A DNA stretch of 61,849 nucleotides from a virus. Taxonomy: Duplodnaviria; Caudoviricetes. The notes below the pieces were generated by a model. That model did no database searches and had not been told where the DNA came from. It worked only from the letters and a program-made list of their open reading frames with translations. Below are positions 29,060 through 39,781 of this stretch, in pieces (the stretch's first letter is position 1; every line of letters begins with the position of its first letter). Where the stretch lies: IMG/VR virus record IMGVR_UViG_3300033141_002871, positions 1 through 61,849 of that record. One strand, given 5' to 3'. A program made the translations under genes and the position numbers.

Positions 29060-30688
29060 GTGGCGAACGAGTACCCCGTGATCCTGTACCGGAGGGACGA
29101 CGGAGAGCTGGAGAAGAGGGTCGTCATTCCGGAGAGCGTGTTCACCGAGATGACCAGCGCGGAGGCGATGGCGAAGCAGGCCAGGGCCGCCGGCTTCTGG
29201 ACTCGGCTCCGGCGCTGGTTCGGGCAGAGGACAGACGAGGCCCCGGACGAGCAGACGACAGAGATCGGCGGGGTGCCTGTCGCCGACGTCGGAGGTTCCC
29301 TCGCGGAAGAGGAGACTGCCCGGAGGGACGAGACGACCCGACTGGCTCGGTATCGCGACTACATCCGGATGGACGAGGACTGCGTCGAGCTTGGCAGGGC
29401 TCTCACGGTCACGGCCCGCAATGTGTTCATGTCCAAGGAGGGGGACGAGGAGTCGTACAAGGTGGTGGCGGACAACCCGTCGACCCAGAAGATGCTTGAC
29501 GACTTGGACGACCGGATCGACCTGCCGGAGGCGATGCCCGGCATCTGCCGGAGCGCGCTCCTCTACGGAGACGAGTTCGAGGAGGTGGTCGCGGAGGAGC
29601 GCACGAACCTCGTGGTGCGGCTCAAGTGGCTGGACCCGGAGATGACGACCCGGAACGAGGACGAGTACGGGAGGTTGATCGCCAAGGCCGCCTTCACCGT
29701 GAAGACCGAGGGTGAGATGGACGGGGTGCCCCTGCACGCCTGGCAGGTGATTCATCTGCGGCACGCGCACCAGAGGGGGGCGAGGTACGGCAGATCCTTC
29801 CTCTTCCATGCGCGCCGGCCCTGGCGGCTCCTGGAGCCGATGGAGGACAACGTGGTGAACACCCGCTATACTCGGTCCTCCGACATCTTGGCGGTCACGA
29901 TTCCGCTGCCTCCGAACTGCACGTCTGACGAGGCGGAGCGGATTGTCTCCAAGTTCATCCACAAGCTGAAGAAGCGGCGGGTAGTCGACTCTAGCGGGAA
30001 GGTCGACTGGAGACGTGCTCCCTTGCCGGACTCTGCGGACATCGTGATAGGGCAGCCGAGCGGGGAGAACGTGGCGAAGGCGACGATCCAGAGGCTCGGG
30101 GTGTCCGGCGCTCTCGGGGAGGTGACCGACGTCAAGTACTTCCAGCGCAAGCTGCTGACGGCGACCGGCGTCCCCCCCTCCTATCTCGGGATCGAGGAGA
30201 GCGTGAACGCCAAGGCGACGTTAAGTTGGGAGGACTTAAATTTCGCGAGAGAAATAAGAGCGATACAGAAGGAGATGGCGTGGTTTCAGCGGCAGCTCTA
30301 CAACCGCCAGATCGTCCTGCTCGGTGGGACTCCGGAGAAGGATCTCTACAGGATCGTCTATCCGGCGATAAGCATGGTCGACGAGGAGCTGAAGATGAGC
30401 GTCGAGCAGATGCGGTGGACGATCTTCGGCCAGGCCAGGGGCAGCGGCATTCCGGTCCGGTGGCTCCTGCGAAGGATCATCGGCCTGTCGGAGGAGGATG
30501 TCGAGGAGCTGTACGCGATGGGCCTCCGGGACGAGCCCGGGACTTCGGAGAAGCCGCCGGTCGGCGCGGAGGAGCACGCGAGGGACCGGGTGTTCCGGGA
30601 CATGCGGCTGGCGAACGACATACAGACCCTGCGGGACATGATCCGGGTCATCCGGAGAGAGAGGCTGAACAGGCCGCTGGAGGCTTGA
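29060..30688 (+). CDS. Portal protein, T4 gp20-like
   Basis: YGDEF, WQVIHLR, YGRSFL, MED..V..R..R, DVKYFQRKL..A.GVP.SYL, ED..FAR.I; position between terL and MuF. Confidence 0.88.
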   Translation: MANEYPVILYRRDDGELEKRVVIPESVFTEMTSAEAMAKQARAAGFWTRLRRWFGQRTDEAPDEQTTEIGGVPVADVGGSLAEEETARRDETTRLARYRDYIRMDEDCVELGRALTVTARNVFMSKEGDEESYKVVADNPSTQKMLDDLDDRIDLPEAMPGICRSALLYGDEFEEVVAEERTNLVVRLKWLDPEMTTRNEDEYGRLIAKAAFTVKTEGEMDGVPLHAWQVIHLRHAHQRGARYGRSFLFHARRPWRLLEPMEDNVVNTRYTRSSDILAVTIPLPPNCTSDEAERIVSKFIHKLKKRRVVDSSGKVDWRRAPLPDSADIVIGQPSGENVAKATIQRLGVSGALGEVTDVKYFQRKLLTATGVPPSYLGIEESVNAKATLSWEDLNFAREIRAIQKEMAWFQRQLYNRQIVLLGGTPEKDLYRIVYPAISMVDEELKMSVEQMRWTIFGQARGSGIPVRWLLRRIIGLSEEDVEELYAMGLRDEPGTSEKPPVGAEEHARDRVFRDMRLANDIQTLRDMIRVIRRERLNRPLEA

Positions 30689-30691
30689 CCG

Positions 30692-31291
30692 ATGAAGCTG
30701 TGGATTCTGAGACGGCTGACCTGGTTCTCGCTGAGGTGCGGGATCTACTATCTCTGGTCCAGAATCTACCAGAGGCTGTTCGAGTCCACCTGGCTCGACT
30801 ACACGAAGGTCCCGCTGTTTCCCAGTGTCGGAGCGATAGAAGACTGTGTCGAGAAGATGAAGTGGCGACCGGACAAGTGGTGGATGTTCTGGGACGCTGT
30901 TTCCGCCCCGGGGGCGGTCTGGGCCAGGTACTTCGAGGGGAAGGAGGCAGGCGACTGTGAAGATGTGTCCTTGGCTGCCGCCACGGCCCTGAGGGAGTGG
31001 CTGAGGCACCATCGGATGCACGTCGAGGTGACTGGCCTGTACCTCCTCACGGTTCCCTGGCTGGGCAGGGACGGGAAGGTGGGGGGGCACAGCGTCTGCG
31101 CCATCTCCTACGTCGATGTCGACGGAACGAAGAAGTGGGCGCACTGGAGCAACTGGAACCGAATACTGTGGGGACGCGAGACGGTCGAGGACGTCGTACG
31201 CGAGATCCTGCGCGGCAACTACTCTTTGGGCTGGGCTCTTGCGGACCTGGACCTGAGGCTTGTGAGATACGGGGGATGGGAGAATCCGTGA
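30692..31291 (+). CDS. Transglutaminase-like cysteine-protease-fold protein
   Basis: GDCEDVS and GHSVC motifs. Confidence 0.6.
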   Translation: MKLWILRRLTWFSLRCGIYYLWSRIYQRLFESTWLDYTKVPLFPSVGAIEDCVEKMKWRPDKWWMFWDAVSAPGAVWARYFEGKEAGDCEDVSLAAATALREWLRHHRMHVEVTGLYLLTVPWLGRDGKVGGHSVCAISYVDVDGTKKWAHWSNWNRILWGRETVEDVVREILRGNYSLGWALADLDLRLVRYGGWENP

Positions 31292-32391
31292 ACGCTTCGC
31301 TGGCAGAAGAGCTGCTGTCCCTTTCCGAGGACGATCTAGAGGACCTGGAGACCGTGCTTGTCGGGGCGGCCCCCGAGTTCGAGGAGGCGGCCCCGCGTGT
31401 TCTGAGACTGGCGAGTGGGATGGACAAGGTCCGGGCCTCCTACTACCGGAGGTTCGAGAAGCTGACGGCGGACCTGGAGAGGAAGGCGATCACCCTGCGG
31501 CAGTTCGAGAAGGAGGCACACGACCTCATCTCGACGACGTTCCGGGACGTCTACAGGACGCACCGGGGCAGGACGCTGACTCCGGGGGACGAGGAGTGGC
31601 TCTCCAGGGCCAGCGCGGAGGAGCTGAGGTACGCCTCGAAGTTCGGCAAGGACATCGATGCAGGCAATCTGAAGATGCCGAGACAGAGGCGGGCGATGCT
31701 GTACGCGCAGACCCTGAACGGGATCGCCCTGAACGCGAAGATCGAGGCGCTCCCGGACAACTCGCGGATCTGGTGGCGTCTAGGTCGTGGGGAGCATTGC
31801 ATTGACTGCTTGATTCTCGCCGCGAACTCGCCTTACACGAAGTGGAACCTCCCGACAACTCCGAGATCCGGTGATACCCGCTGCGTCAGTAATTGTTTGT
31901 GCAAACTTGAAGTGAATCTGGGAGTACTGAGCCGGGCGGAGCGGGAGGACGCCGCGGAGTACGCGCAGAAGCGGGACCAGAGCCTGAACGACATGCTGAG
32001 GCCGGTGAAGCCGCCGCGGGGGATGAGACTGGCGGAGCCGGCCGAGCTGAGGGTAATCGACGGGCTGCGGATGCGGATGAACCTGCTGCGGCGGAGGATG
32101 GCGGAGCCCGGCCTGGATCCGAAGGAGCTTCGGAAGCTGGCAGCGGAGAGGAGCAGGATCAACGCGAAGCTGATCGACTATCTGGAGGAGCGGGGCATCT
32201 ACGACGTCCCGGTCTGGAGTGTCGACGACGTGCTGGACGAGCGCCATGTCGGGCGCAGGGCGGTCCAGGAGCTGTTTCGGCACGGGATAGACGGCCGGAG
32301 CCTCTCTCTGGTCGAGAAGCGGCACCTCACCGCGATGCTCGACCGGTACGAGAAGGAGGTCGGGGAGCTGTTCTCCGACGAGGTTATTTAG
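31288..32391 (+). CDS. Head morphogenesis (MuF/gp7-like) protein
   Basis: RAMLYA, WWRLG..EHCIDC, P..G.T.C.SNC.C.L; follows portal; GTG 31288. Confidence 0.75.
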   Translation: MNASLAEELLSLSEDDLEDLETVLVGAAPEFEEAAPRVLRLASGMDKVRASYYRRFEKLTADLERKAITLRQFEKEAHDLISTTFRDVYRTHRGRTLTPGDEEWLSRASAEELRYASKFGKDIDAGNLKMPRQRRAMLYAQTLNGIALNAKIEALPDNSRIWWRLGRGEHCIDCLILAANSPYTKWNLPTTPRSGDTRCVSNCLCKLEVNLGVLSRAEREDAAEYAQKRDQSLNDMLRPVKPPRGMRLAEPAELRVIDGLRMRMNLLRRRMAEPGLDPKELRKLAAERSRINAKLIDYLEERGIYDVPVWSVDDVLDERHVGRRAVQELFRHGIDGRSLSLVEKRHLTAMLDRYEKEVGELFSDEVI

Positions 32392-32402
32392 GGGATAAAT
32401 AA
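32384..32402. promoter_or_regulatory. 19-bp palindromic site, copy 6
   Basis: TTATTTAGGGGATAAATAA abutting ATG 32403. Confidence 0.75.
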
Positions 32403-33075
32403 ATGGTCGAGACCTGGAACTACGTGGCCGGAGATCTGAGGGGCGTCGGGCTGATGCTGGCGGAGGCGCTGCGGGCGGCGGTCGGGACGAGGGTCCGGGT
32501 AGCGCCCCTGGAGATGTCCATCGCCTCCAAGCTGGGGCTGTGGCTGAGGGGCGAAACGGAGGACGTCAAGACAGTCCGTGAGAGGCTTGAGAAAGTCTTG
32601 GACGAGAGGAAGATCGAGTGGCACGCGCTGAGGTGGACGGAGAACCGGGCGAGAGGAGGCTGAGATGGCATTGTCGATGACGAAGAGCGAGCTGGTGAAG
32701 ATGCTGGACGCGAAGATCCGGTCGAGGGTCAGGTGGAGGCTGGACGAGATAGTGGACCGGGAGTCCGGGTTCGGGAATCCACCGACCGTTGACGAGAAGA
32801 AGCTGAAGGCCCTGGCCGCCCGGATCTACGACGACGTCATCTCGGACAGCAGCTACGACGAGAACCTGCTGAAGGCGACGAGGGCGCTGGGGGACGGTAA
32901 GTTCACCGCGACCTACGTCCGGCGGCTGATCAAGAGGGGCCTCGGGGACGGCACGTTCACGGTCGAATCGGCTCGGTTGGCCAAGCTGGTCACTGAGGCT
33001 GTGAAGGTGGAGACCGAGAGGAAGGCAGTTACCTTCACGACGAAGAGCGGAAAAAAGGTGGTCTTCAAGGGATGA
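32403..33075 (+). other. Two hypothetical ORFs (32403-32663, 32665-33075)
   Basis: Coupled ORFs in the head module. Confidence 0.6.
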
Positions 33076-34028
33076 AGGTCCTGGTCACTGGAGGGCTCGG
33101 GTTCATCGGCTCGGCCCTGGTTCGGAAGCTGCTGAGGCGGGGGGACTCGGTCCTGAACGTGGACACGATGACCTACGCCGCCGATCCACAGAATGTCAAC
33201 GAGGTGATGCCGAGCGATCGGTACGAGTTCGCGAAGCGGGACGTTGCCGATTCGGAAGCCTTCGCCGACATTTGCCTCCGGTACGGGCCGGACGCTATCG
33301 TCCACCTCGCTGCGCACTCCCACGTCGGCAACTCGATCAAGGAGCCGGCACCGTTCTACCGGGCGAACTACCTCGGGACGGTCTCTGTGCTTGAGGCCGC
33401 GAAGAGGCTCGGATGCAGGGTGCTCTGCGTCGGCACCGACGAGGTGTACGGAGACAGGGAGGGGGCGGAGCCGGCGACGGAGAACACTGCGATGAAGCCG
33501 TCGAGCCCCTACTCCGCCTCTAAGGCGGCCGCGGACCTCGTCTGTGGTGCGTATCGTCGGACCTACGGGGTGGACGTCGTGGTGGCGAGGCCCTGCAACT
33601 GCTACGGACCCTATCAGCACCCGGAGAAGCTGGTCCCGAAGGCCCTGATCTCGATGGCGTGTGGATCGAAGGTGCCGCTCTACGGGGACGGGCAACAGGT
33701 CCGGGAGTGGCTCTACGTCGAGGACTGTGCGGAGGCCCTGCTCATCCTCCTGGAGAAGGGGGAGGCCGGAGATGCGTACAACGTGGGTAGCGGGGAGAGG
33801 CTGTCGAACGTCGAGCTGCTGAAGACGCTGGCGGACCTCTGCGGTGTGAGCTACGCGGACTCGATCCGGCCGGTTCAGGACAGGCCGGGGCACGACCGGA
33901 AGTACGCGATGGACAGCTCCAGGCTGGCGGCCCTCGGCTGGAAGCCGGGCTTCGACCCGGAGGAGGGGTTCGCGGCGACCGCCGAGTGGTACAGGCTGAA
34001 CGACTGGTGGTGGAGGTGGAAGATATGA
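33072..34028 (+). CDS. rfbB: dTDP-glucose 4,6-dehydratase
   Basis: VTGGLGFIGS, TYAAD, HLAAHSHV, TDEVYG, SPYSASKA, PEKLVP, DRPGHDRKY. Confidence 0.93.
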   Translation: MKVLVTGGLGFIGSALVRKLLRRGDSVLNVDTMTYAADPQNVNEVMPSDRYEFAKRDVADSEAFADICLRYGPDAIVHLAAHSHVGNSIKEPAPFYRANYLGTVSVLEAAKRLGCRVLCVGTDEVYGDREGAEPATENTAMKPSSPYSASKAAADLVCGAYRRTYGVDVVVARPCNCYGPYQHPEKLVPKALISMACGSKVPLYGDGQQVREWLYVEDCAEALLILLEKGEAGDAYNVGSGERLSNVELLKTLADLCGVSYADSIRPVQDRPGHDRKYAMDSSRLAALGWKPGFDPEEGFAATAEWYRLNDWWWRWKI

Positions 34029-35912
34029 GCGACCCTGCGAAGGAGCTGTTCTCGGAGATTCGGGGCAGGGTCTACGCGGCCCAGGCGAAGAAGCTGAAGG
34101 GGCTGGTCGGGAGGCACGTGGTGAGGGACGGAGTGACGTTCCTGGTCGTCTCAGCGTCGAAGGGGAAGGTCGTGGTGAGCGACACGAAGACGCCGCTGAA
34201 GCAGACGACGACGTTCTCCGCGAGGTCCTTTCTGAGCAAGGCCGTCGAGATCATGGAGGTGTGAGATGCCGACGACTACCGGAGACATCGCGACGTTCCC
34301 AGGAGTCGTCGCGAGGAAGCGGAAGAGGAAGAAGAGGGCGAAGGCGTCGGCCCGGTGGAAGCTGGTCGGCTCCGCGGTCGACGAGCACTTCGCGTCCCTC
34401 CTGGAGAAGGTCAAGACCGGAGACAGCCGGGAGGGCGGGATGTCGATGCTCCGAGCATGGTTCGGACTCGGCTTGCTCAAGAAGAAGCTGCCGAAGGCGG
34501 GCAGGCACGTAATCACGAAGCTGGGCAAGGGAAGGTACAGGATCACGAGGGTAAAATGAAGGTGAGAAGGAAGAGACTGCTGGAGCATGCAGAGTACCCG
34601 AGACCGCATCCGCATACGAGGTGCCGGATACTCGGGCCGGAGCTGGTCAACGGGATGCAGACATGGCGGGTCTTCAGGTACGACCGGGCGCGGGACGGAA
34701 GGATCGTCGAGCGGCAGGTCGGAGACCGGTGCCTCAGCTTCCGGGAGGCTGAGCGGAGGGTCCAGGACGTGCTGAGCGGCCGGCGGGTCGTCTACTTCGG
34801 CCCGCACCGGTTCGAGCCGAAGCCATATGCGGGACAGGCTGCAAGTGGTTGAGGAGGGTATTGTTTCATGTCGGTATTGGAAGACGCGGTGAGAAGGGCT
34901 GTGGACGAGATCCTCTTGGAGTACGGCACGAGTGCCGGTGCGAAGAAGGGCTGGAAGACCAGGAGACGCGGGAAGAGATGGTCAAGGAAGAGGATCGGCC
35001 AGGTGATGCGGAGAATGCGCGGGAAGAGGATGGAGTATGGCCAGCCGGCGATCAAGGTGAACTACCGGACCCGGAGGAAGGCGTCTAGCCCGAAGGTTCC
35101 TGTCCGGTTCGGCGGTGGGAATCCTTCGGACTACGGGTTCAAGCGAGGTTGACGATGACCGAGAAGACGAGAGAAGCGGTGAAAGAGGCGGTCCTGGACG
35201 TGATCGAGAAGTACGTCGGGTTCGCCAAGCTGAAGAAGCAGTTGGCGAAGCGGGGCGCGCATACTCCCGCGGCCCTGGCCGCCTGGATCGGTCGATCCAA
35301 GTACGGGGCGAAGAAGTTTACCAAGTACGCGGCCAAGGGCAAGAAGATGCGCGGAGTCGCCCCGATCAAGAAGAGCAGGAAGAAGCGCCGGAGGAAGTGA
35401 GAGTGGCAGTGCACTGGACATCGCTAGAGGCGATCCGACTCTGGGGCGTTCCCGTCGAGGTGGACGGGAGCGATCTCACGCTGACCCAGGCCCGGGTTCT
35501 GGCCGGCATGGTCGGGAAGCTCATGGTGGAGGCGGAGCACTCCAAGGAGGTCGCTGTCAAGATGGCCCTGGAGGCGTTCCGCCGGATGTACGAGCGGAGC
35601 GACGATGGTTGGAGGGCGAGGAGGTCTGTCGAGGTGCACGGAGGAAAGAAGGTGCGGAACCGGCACTACGTGAAGGACGCGCTGGAGCGTCGAGCCGACG
35701 ACACCGGTGATAGTGGGAAAGCCGCAGTCCTGCTGGTGAGGTCCATGCTGGAGGCCGGGAGGCGAAACAGCGGACAGGACAGGAGTAGGATAGCGGCGGC
35801 GATGTCGAGCCTGCTCGACGTCCTTGACAACGCGGACCAGGAGGCGGTGCTCCGAGACCTTGGCAAGCGGCTCGGAGCGAGTGTCAGGCTGGTCAGGAGG
35901 AAGGCGAAGTGA
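34025..35912 (+). other. Six small basic ORFs (34025-34264, 34266-34559, 34556-34852, 34868-35152, 35155-35400, 35403-35912); candidate internal head proteins
   Basis: Tightly coupled, K/R-rich, immediately upstream of the prohead protease. Confidence 0.6.
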
Positions 35913-37267
35913 ATCTGCTTACCGAACAGGTGCCCTACTACACCCGGATGGAGGTCCTGACGGAGGACGCGAAGTCCCTCCCGAAGGGCGTCATCATGCG
36001 GGCGAAGGGCAAGCTGGCGCACGCCGGGAAGGTCACCGCCAACGGCCGGCTCTATCGGGTTCCGCTGATGCAGCGGGAGATCGAGAGAGTGATGAGGCAG
36101 GGCGGCGAGATCGAGGAGCGTGCGATGATCGGCGAGACGGACCACCCCAACGCGGAGCGGGGAGGTCCTTCGGTGCGCCAGTCGGCGTTCATCGTGACGG
36201 GGCTCGGGATGAACGCGGACGGCGAGGTGATGGGCGAGATCGAGGTGGTCGGCACGGAGGCGGGCAAGGACCTGGCCGCGCTGATCCGGGCAGGAGCGCA
36301 GGTCGGCTTCTCGTCGAGGGCCAGGGGCTCGGCGACGACGAAGCGGATGACCAGCCAGGACCCGGACTACGAGCGGAACAGGGACTGGGACGGCCGCGAG
36401 TTCGAGGAGGTCAACGACGACTTCCGGCTCGTGACGTTCGACTCCGTGATCGGGCCTGCCGTCTCGGACGCCCACGTCAGTGACTACAACGAACAGAAGG
36501 AGGATGTCATGGAGATCAAGCTGGAGGACGTTCTCAAGAACGAGGAGCTGCTGAAGCAGGTCCTGGAGAGCGAGCCGGCGAAGAAGCGGGTCGAGGACGC
36601 CGTGAAGGAGGCCCTCGCGAAGCAGGAGGAGAAGTTCGCCGGCGAGGTGAAGGAGATGGTCCGGGAGTACCTCGGCTCGGAGGAGTTCATGTCGCAGTTC
36701 GAGGTGGAGGAAGGCGAGGACCAGAACGAGGGTGACGAGGAGCTGAAGTGCGCGGAATGCGGCACTCCTCTCCTGGCGGAGGGCAAGTTCTGCCCCGGCT
36801 GCGGCATCCCGATCTCCCGCGCCCTGCCCGAGAAGAACGAGGGCAAGAGGGACCCCGACGAGAAGGACAAGGAGATCGAGGAGCTTCGGAAGCGCGTCGA
36901 GCAGATCGAGAAGGTCGCGAAGGAGAAGGACGAGAAGATCGCCGCGCTGGAGTCCCGCGAGGAGGAGCGGAAGCTGGCCGCCGAGGTGGACCGGGCGGTC
37001 GCGGAGGCCCTGGAGGGACAGCCCGTCGTGATCGCGGACCATGTCCGGGCGGACATCGACGAGCTGCGGGAGCGCGACAAGGGTCTGGACGCCGACGCCG
37101 CCAAGGAGTTTGTCGAGGCCCGGATCAAGAAGTACAGGGGCGTCGTCGAGGCAGTCGGCGGGGACCTGACCGAGGCCGCCGGCTTCGCACGGGTCAACCC
37201 TTCGGACCGCCAGCGGGACGCCGGCGGGGACGACGAGCTGACCCACTTGCTCGACGCCTACGACTGA
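35909..37267 (+). CDS. T4 gp21-type prohead protease fused to scaffold (nested start at 36509)
   Basis: NGRLY, GETDHP, GFSSRARGS, LVTFDSV..PA; AAGGAGG before in-frame ATG 36509; acidic coiled coil with double CxxC. Confidence 0.88.
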   Translation: MNLLTEQVPYYTRMEVLTEDAKSLPKGVIMRAKGKLAHAGKVTANGRLYRVPLMQREIERVMRQGGEIEERAMIGETDHPNAERGGPSVRQSAFIVTGLGMNADGEVMGEIEVVGTEAGKDLAALIRAGAQVGFSSRARGSATTKRMTSQDPDYERNRDWDGREFEEVNDDFRLVTFDSVIGPAVSDAHVSDYNEQKEDVMEIKLEDVLKNEELLKQVLESEPAKKRVEDAVKEALAKQEEKFAGEVKEMVREYLGSEEFMSQFEVEEGEDQNEGDEELKCAECGTPLLAEGKFCPGCGIPISRALPEKNEGKRDPDEKDKEIEELRKRVEQIEKVAKEKDEKIAALESREEERKLAAEVDRAVAEALEGQPVVIADHVRADIDELRERDKGLDADAAKEFVEARIKKYRGVVEAVGGDLTEAAGFARVNPSDRQRDAGGDDELTHLLDAYD

Positions 37268-37283
37268 GGAAGGAGGTATTACC

Positions 37284-38510
37284 ATGAACCTGACCGAGCA
37301 ACTGAAGAGCATGCAGGCGGACGGCCTGCTCAACCCGGCCGAGGCCCCCTGGGTCTTCGAGGACGAGCGGCGTCGTGCCAGGTGGGGCAAGTGGTTCGAG
37401 GGCAAGCACGATCTGGCCGAGGACCGCGTGCTCAAGAGTATGCAGATGGACGAGTCCGAGCTGGGCCTGATCCGGCGGCAGACCGAAGTCCTGCTCGACA
37501 ACTACCTGTCCGAGGCGGTGGGTGCGTACCACGCCCTGTCGGGACGGCGCATCCGCTCCCTGGAGGAGGCGACCAACACGTCCGACATCGCGACCTTCAC
37601 CACGCAGGCGCTTCCGCTGATCCGGAAGATCTGGCCGCGCCTCTTCGCGAACCAGGTCGCCTCCGTGCAGCCGATGAAGGGGCCGACAGCGAAGGCGCAC
37701 ACGCTCGACTTCACGTACTGCAGCGCCGGGGAGACCTACAGCTCCGGCTCCTCGATCTACGCGAACGAGGACCCGGACTACAGCGACGACCCGGGCGAGT
37801 GCAGCGACCCGAACGAGATGTGCCTCAAGATAACCTCCGCGACCATCACCGCAGAGACGAAGAAGCTGGCCGCGGAGTGGAGCCAGGAGGCCAGCCAGGA
37901 CCTCGGCTCGCAGTACGGTCTGTCCCTGAACAACGAGATGACCAAGATCATGGGGATGCAGATCGAGCGCGAGATCAACCGCGTGGTTATCAACGGGATC
38001 GTCAGCGCCGCGACGACCAACACGAACTGGACCAGGACGCACCCGGCCGCTCCGAGCGCGTGGGCCAACGCGACTCCGCGGCAGTACGCCGAGTCGATCT
38101 TCGACGCGATCTGCGATGCCGACAACCAGATCTTCACCAGGGTCTACGAGCACGGGAACTTCATCCTGTGCGGTGCAAACTTCGCGAACCGGCTCCGGAA
38201 GCTCAACAGCTTCCGGTCACTGGACACCACCGCGGGCCAGAGCCGGGTCGTGACCGGCCCCAACCTGTTCGGCACGCTGTCCGAGCAGTACCGGTGCTAC
38301 CACGATCCGTTCTTCACGGCTGACAAGGCGGTGGTCGGACTGAAGAGCGGAAACTGGCCCTTCACCGGCTACGTACACATGCCCTACGTCCCGCTGTGGA
38401 GCACCCCGATCATCTGGAACAGCAAGATGTGCCCCAGCAAGGGAGTGATGACCCGCTACGGGAAGTACGCCAAGAACGGCGACTTCTACGCGACCGTGAC
38501 CGTGGTGTAA
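37284..38510 (+). CDS. Major capsid protein, T4 gp23-like
   Basis: SVQPMKGPT, KLAAEWSQEASQDL, EINRVVI, MPYVPL, PSKGVMTRYG; strong C-ending codon bias. Confidence 0.92.
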   Translation: MNLTEQLKSMQADGLLNPAEAPWVFEDERRRARWGKWFEGKHDLAEDRVLKSMQMDESELGLIRRQTEVLLDNYLSEAVGAYHALSGRRIRSLEEATNTSDIATFTTQALPLIRKIWPRLFANQVASVQPMKGPTAKAHTLDFTYCSAGETYSSGSSIYANEDPDYSDDPGECSDPNEMCLKITSATITAETKKLAAEWSQEASQDLGSQYGLSLNNEMTKIMGMQIEREINRVVINGIVSAATTNTNWTRTHPAAPSAWANATPRQYAESIFDAICDADNQIFTRVYEHGNFILCGANFANRLRKLNSFRSLDTTAGQSRVVTGPNLFGTLSEQYRCYHDPFFTADKAVVGLKSGNWPFTGYVHMPYVPLWSTPIIWNSKMCPSKGVMTRYGKYAKNGDFYATVTVV

Positions 38511-38522
38511 CCGTGAACGTCT

Positions 38523-38568
38523 GGGCTGCGCGGTTCGAGTTAGGTATTGTGCCGCGCAGTCCTTTTTT
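38523..38568 (+). terminator. Rho-independent terminator after the capsid gene
   Basis: GGGCTGCGCGG...CCGCGCAGTCC followed by TTTTTT. Confidence 0.75.
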
Positions 38569-38612
38569 GTATATTCGCGGCGGAGTCGAACCTTAACCGA
38601 CAGGAGGAGAGA

Positions 38613-39251
38613 ATGGCGAAGCGCAGGAAGCTGGTGGTCAAGAAGGAAGATGGTTCGATGGCTCAGATCGAGCTGGGAGATCCGGTCAACTTCTCGGAGC
38701 CGCTGAAGGACGATGACCTCGGGGTCGTTCCGGAGTTCGTCAACATCACGATGAAGGTGCAGCTCGTCACGGTTCCGCACGATCCGAACGCGACGATTTC
38801 CGTGCCCCCGATGGGGATTCTGAGGGGAGCACAGTGGCGCAGCCTCTCGGAACCCGCGCCGGGCTGGGGTCGGACTCCTCCGTTCCTGGAGCGGAAGCTC
38901 AGGAGCGACGGAAGCTACGATCCGAAGTACCTGTTGACGGAGGAGCAGGCTCTTGCCGAGATCAACGGGGTGCCGGGGGTCAAGCCGGGTCTTTCGAACC
39001 GGCAGCGGATTCAGATGCTGGTGCAGAACGGGGTGATCGTCGAGACGGACGAGGTGACCCGGCTCGGATACCGGAGTTCGTTCATGGGTCCGAGCACGTA
39101 CCGGAACACGGACGCTGTGGATGCTCGGAGGAGAGCGCCCGACGACAGGCCGCGCGTGACCGGCGCTGCGATGGAGCGGATCTTCGCGCTGCAGGAGGCG
39201 GAGCGGAGACGCCAGGAGGAGACAGGCATGCTGGAGGCGGGGACCGTGTAG
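38613..39251 (+). CDS. Hypothetical head-associated protein with the N-x-T-x-K-x-Q motif
   Basis: AGGAGG RBS; VNITMKVQLV...ISVPPMGIL. Confidence 0.7.
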   Translation: MAKRRKLVVKKEDGSMAQIELGDPVNFSEPLKDDDLGVVPEFVNITMKVQLVTVPHDPNATISVPPMGILRGAQWRSLSEPAPGWGRTPPFLERKLRSDGSYDPKYLLTEEQALAEINGVPGVKPGLSNRQRIQMLVQNGVIVETDEVTRLGYRSSFMGPSTYRNTDAVDARRRAPDDRPRVTGAAMERIFALQEAERRRQEETGMLEAGTV

Positions 39252-39269
39252 GGCGGTCCCTTCTTTTTT
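39240..39269 (+). terminator. Rho-independent terminator
   Basis: GGGACCG-loop-CGGTCCC followed by TTCTTTTTT. Confidence 0.7.
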
Positions 39270-39297
39270 CTCCGGGGGGAGAAAGAGGGGATAGGAG

Positions 39298-39777
39298 ATG
39301 CCGGCCGACGAGAAGAAGATGATCGAGGAGATTGTGAAGGCAATCGACTCGCGTCTGACTCTGCACCACAGGAACAATGGCTACGCGACGAAGGGAGAGT
39401 TGAACGCGAAGGTCGAGGTTCTGCAGAGGGGGATGGACTCGGTCGCGACTCTCGTCGGAGAGGTGAAGCGGGGAGTGGAGCGGCAGGAGAAGACCACCGG
39501 GAAGCTGGAGAGGGTAGTGAACGAGTTGAAGACGGGGCTTGACGTCCACCTGGGGCAGCACCAACAGGAGGAGAAGATTCGGCAGGCGAATGTCGCGGAG
39601 GGGAGCCTCCGGGTGAAGGGGAGGGGGAATCTGATAGCCGTGACCGGTCTGGCACTGACGATGGCGGCGATGCTGGCCGCCGCCGTGCTCTGGGTGTCCG
39701 GGCTGAGGTCGGACATACAGAGGCTGACGACGAACATGGCCCCGCCCCACCTGGAGGCGGAAGGGTCTGGGAGGTAG
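39298..39777 (+). CDS. Coiled-coil protein with a C-terminal transmembrane helix
   Basis: LIAVTGLALTMAAMLAAAVLWV. Confidence 0.65.
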   Translation: MPADEKKMIEEIVKAIDSRLTLHHRNNGYATKGELNAKVEVLQRGMDSVATLVGEVKRGVERQEKTTGKLERVVNELKTGLDVHLGQHQQEEKIRQANVAEGSLRVKGRGNLIAVTGLALTMAAMLAAAVLWVSGLRSDIQRLTTNMAPPHLEAEGSGR

Positions 39778-39781
39778 TAAG

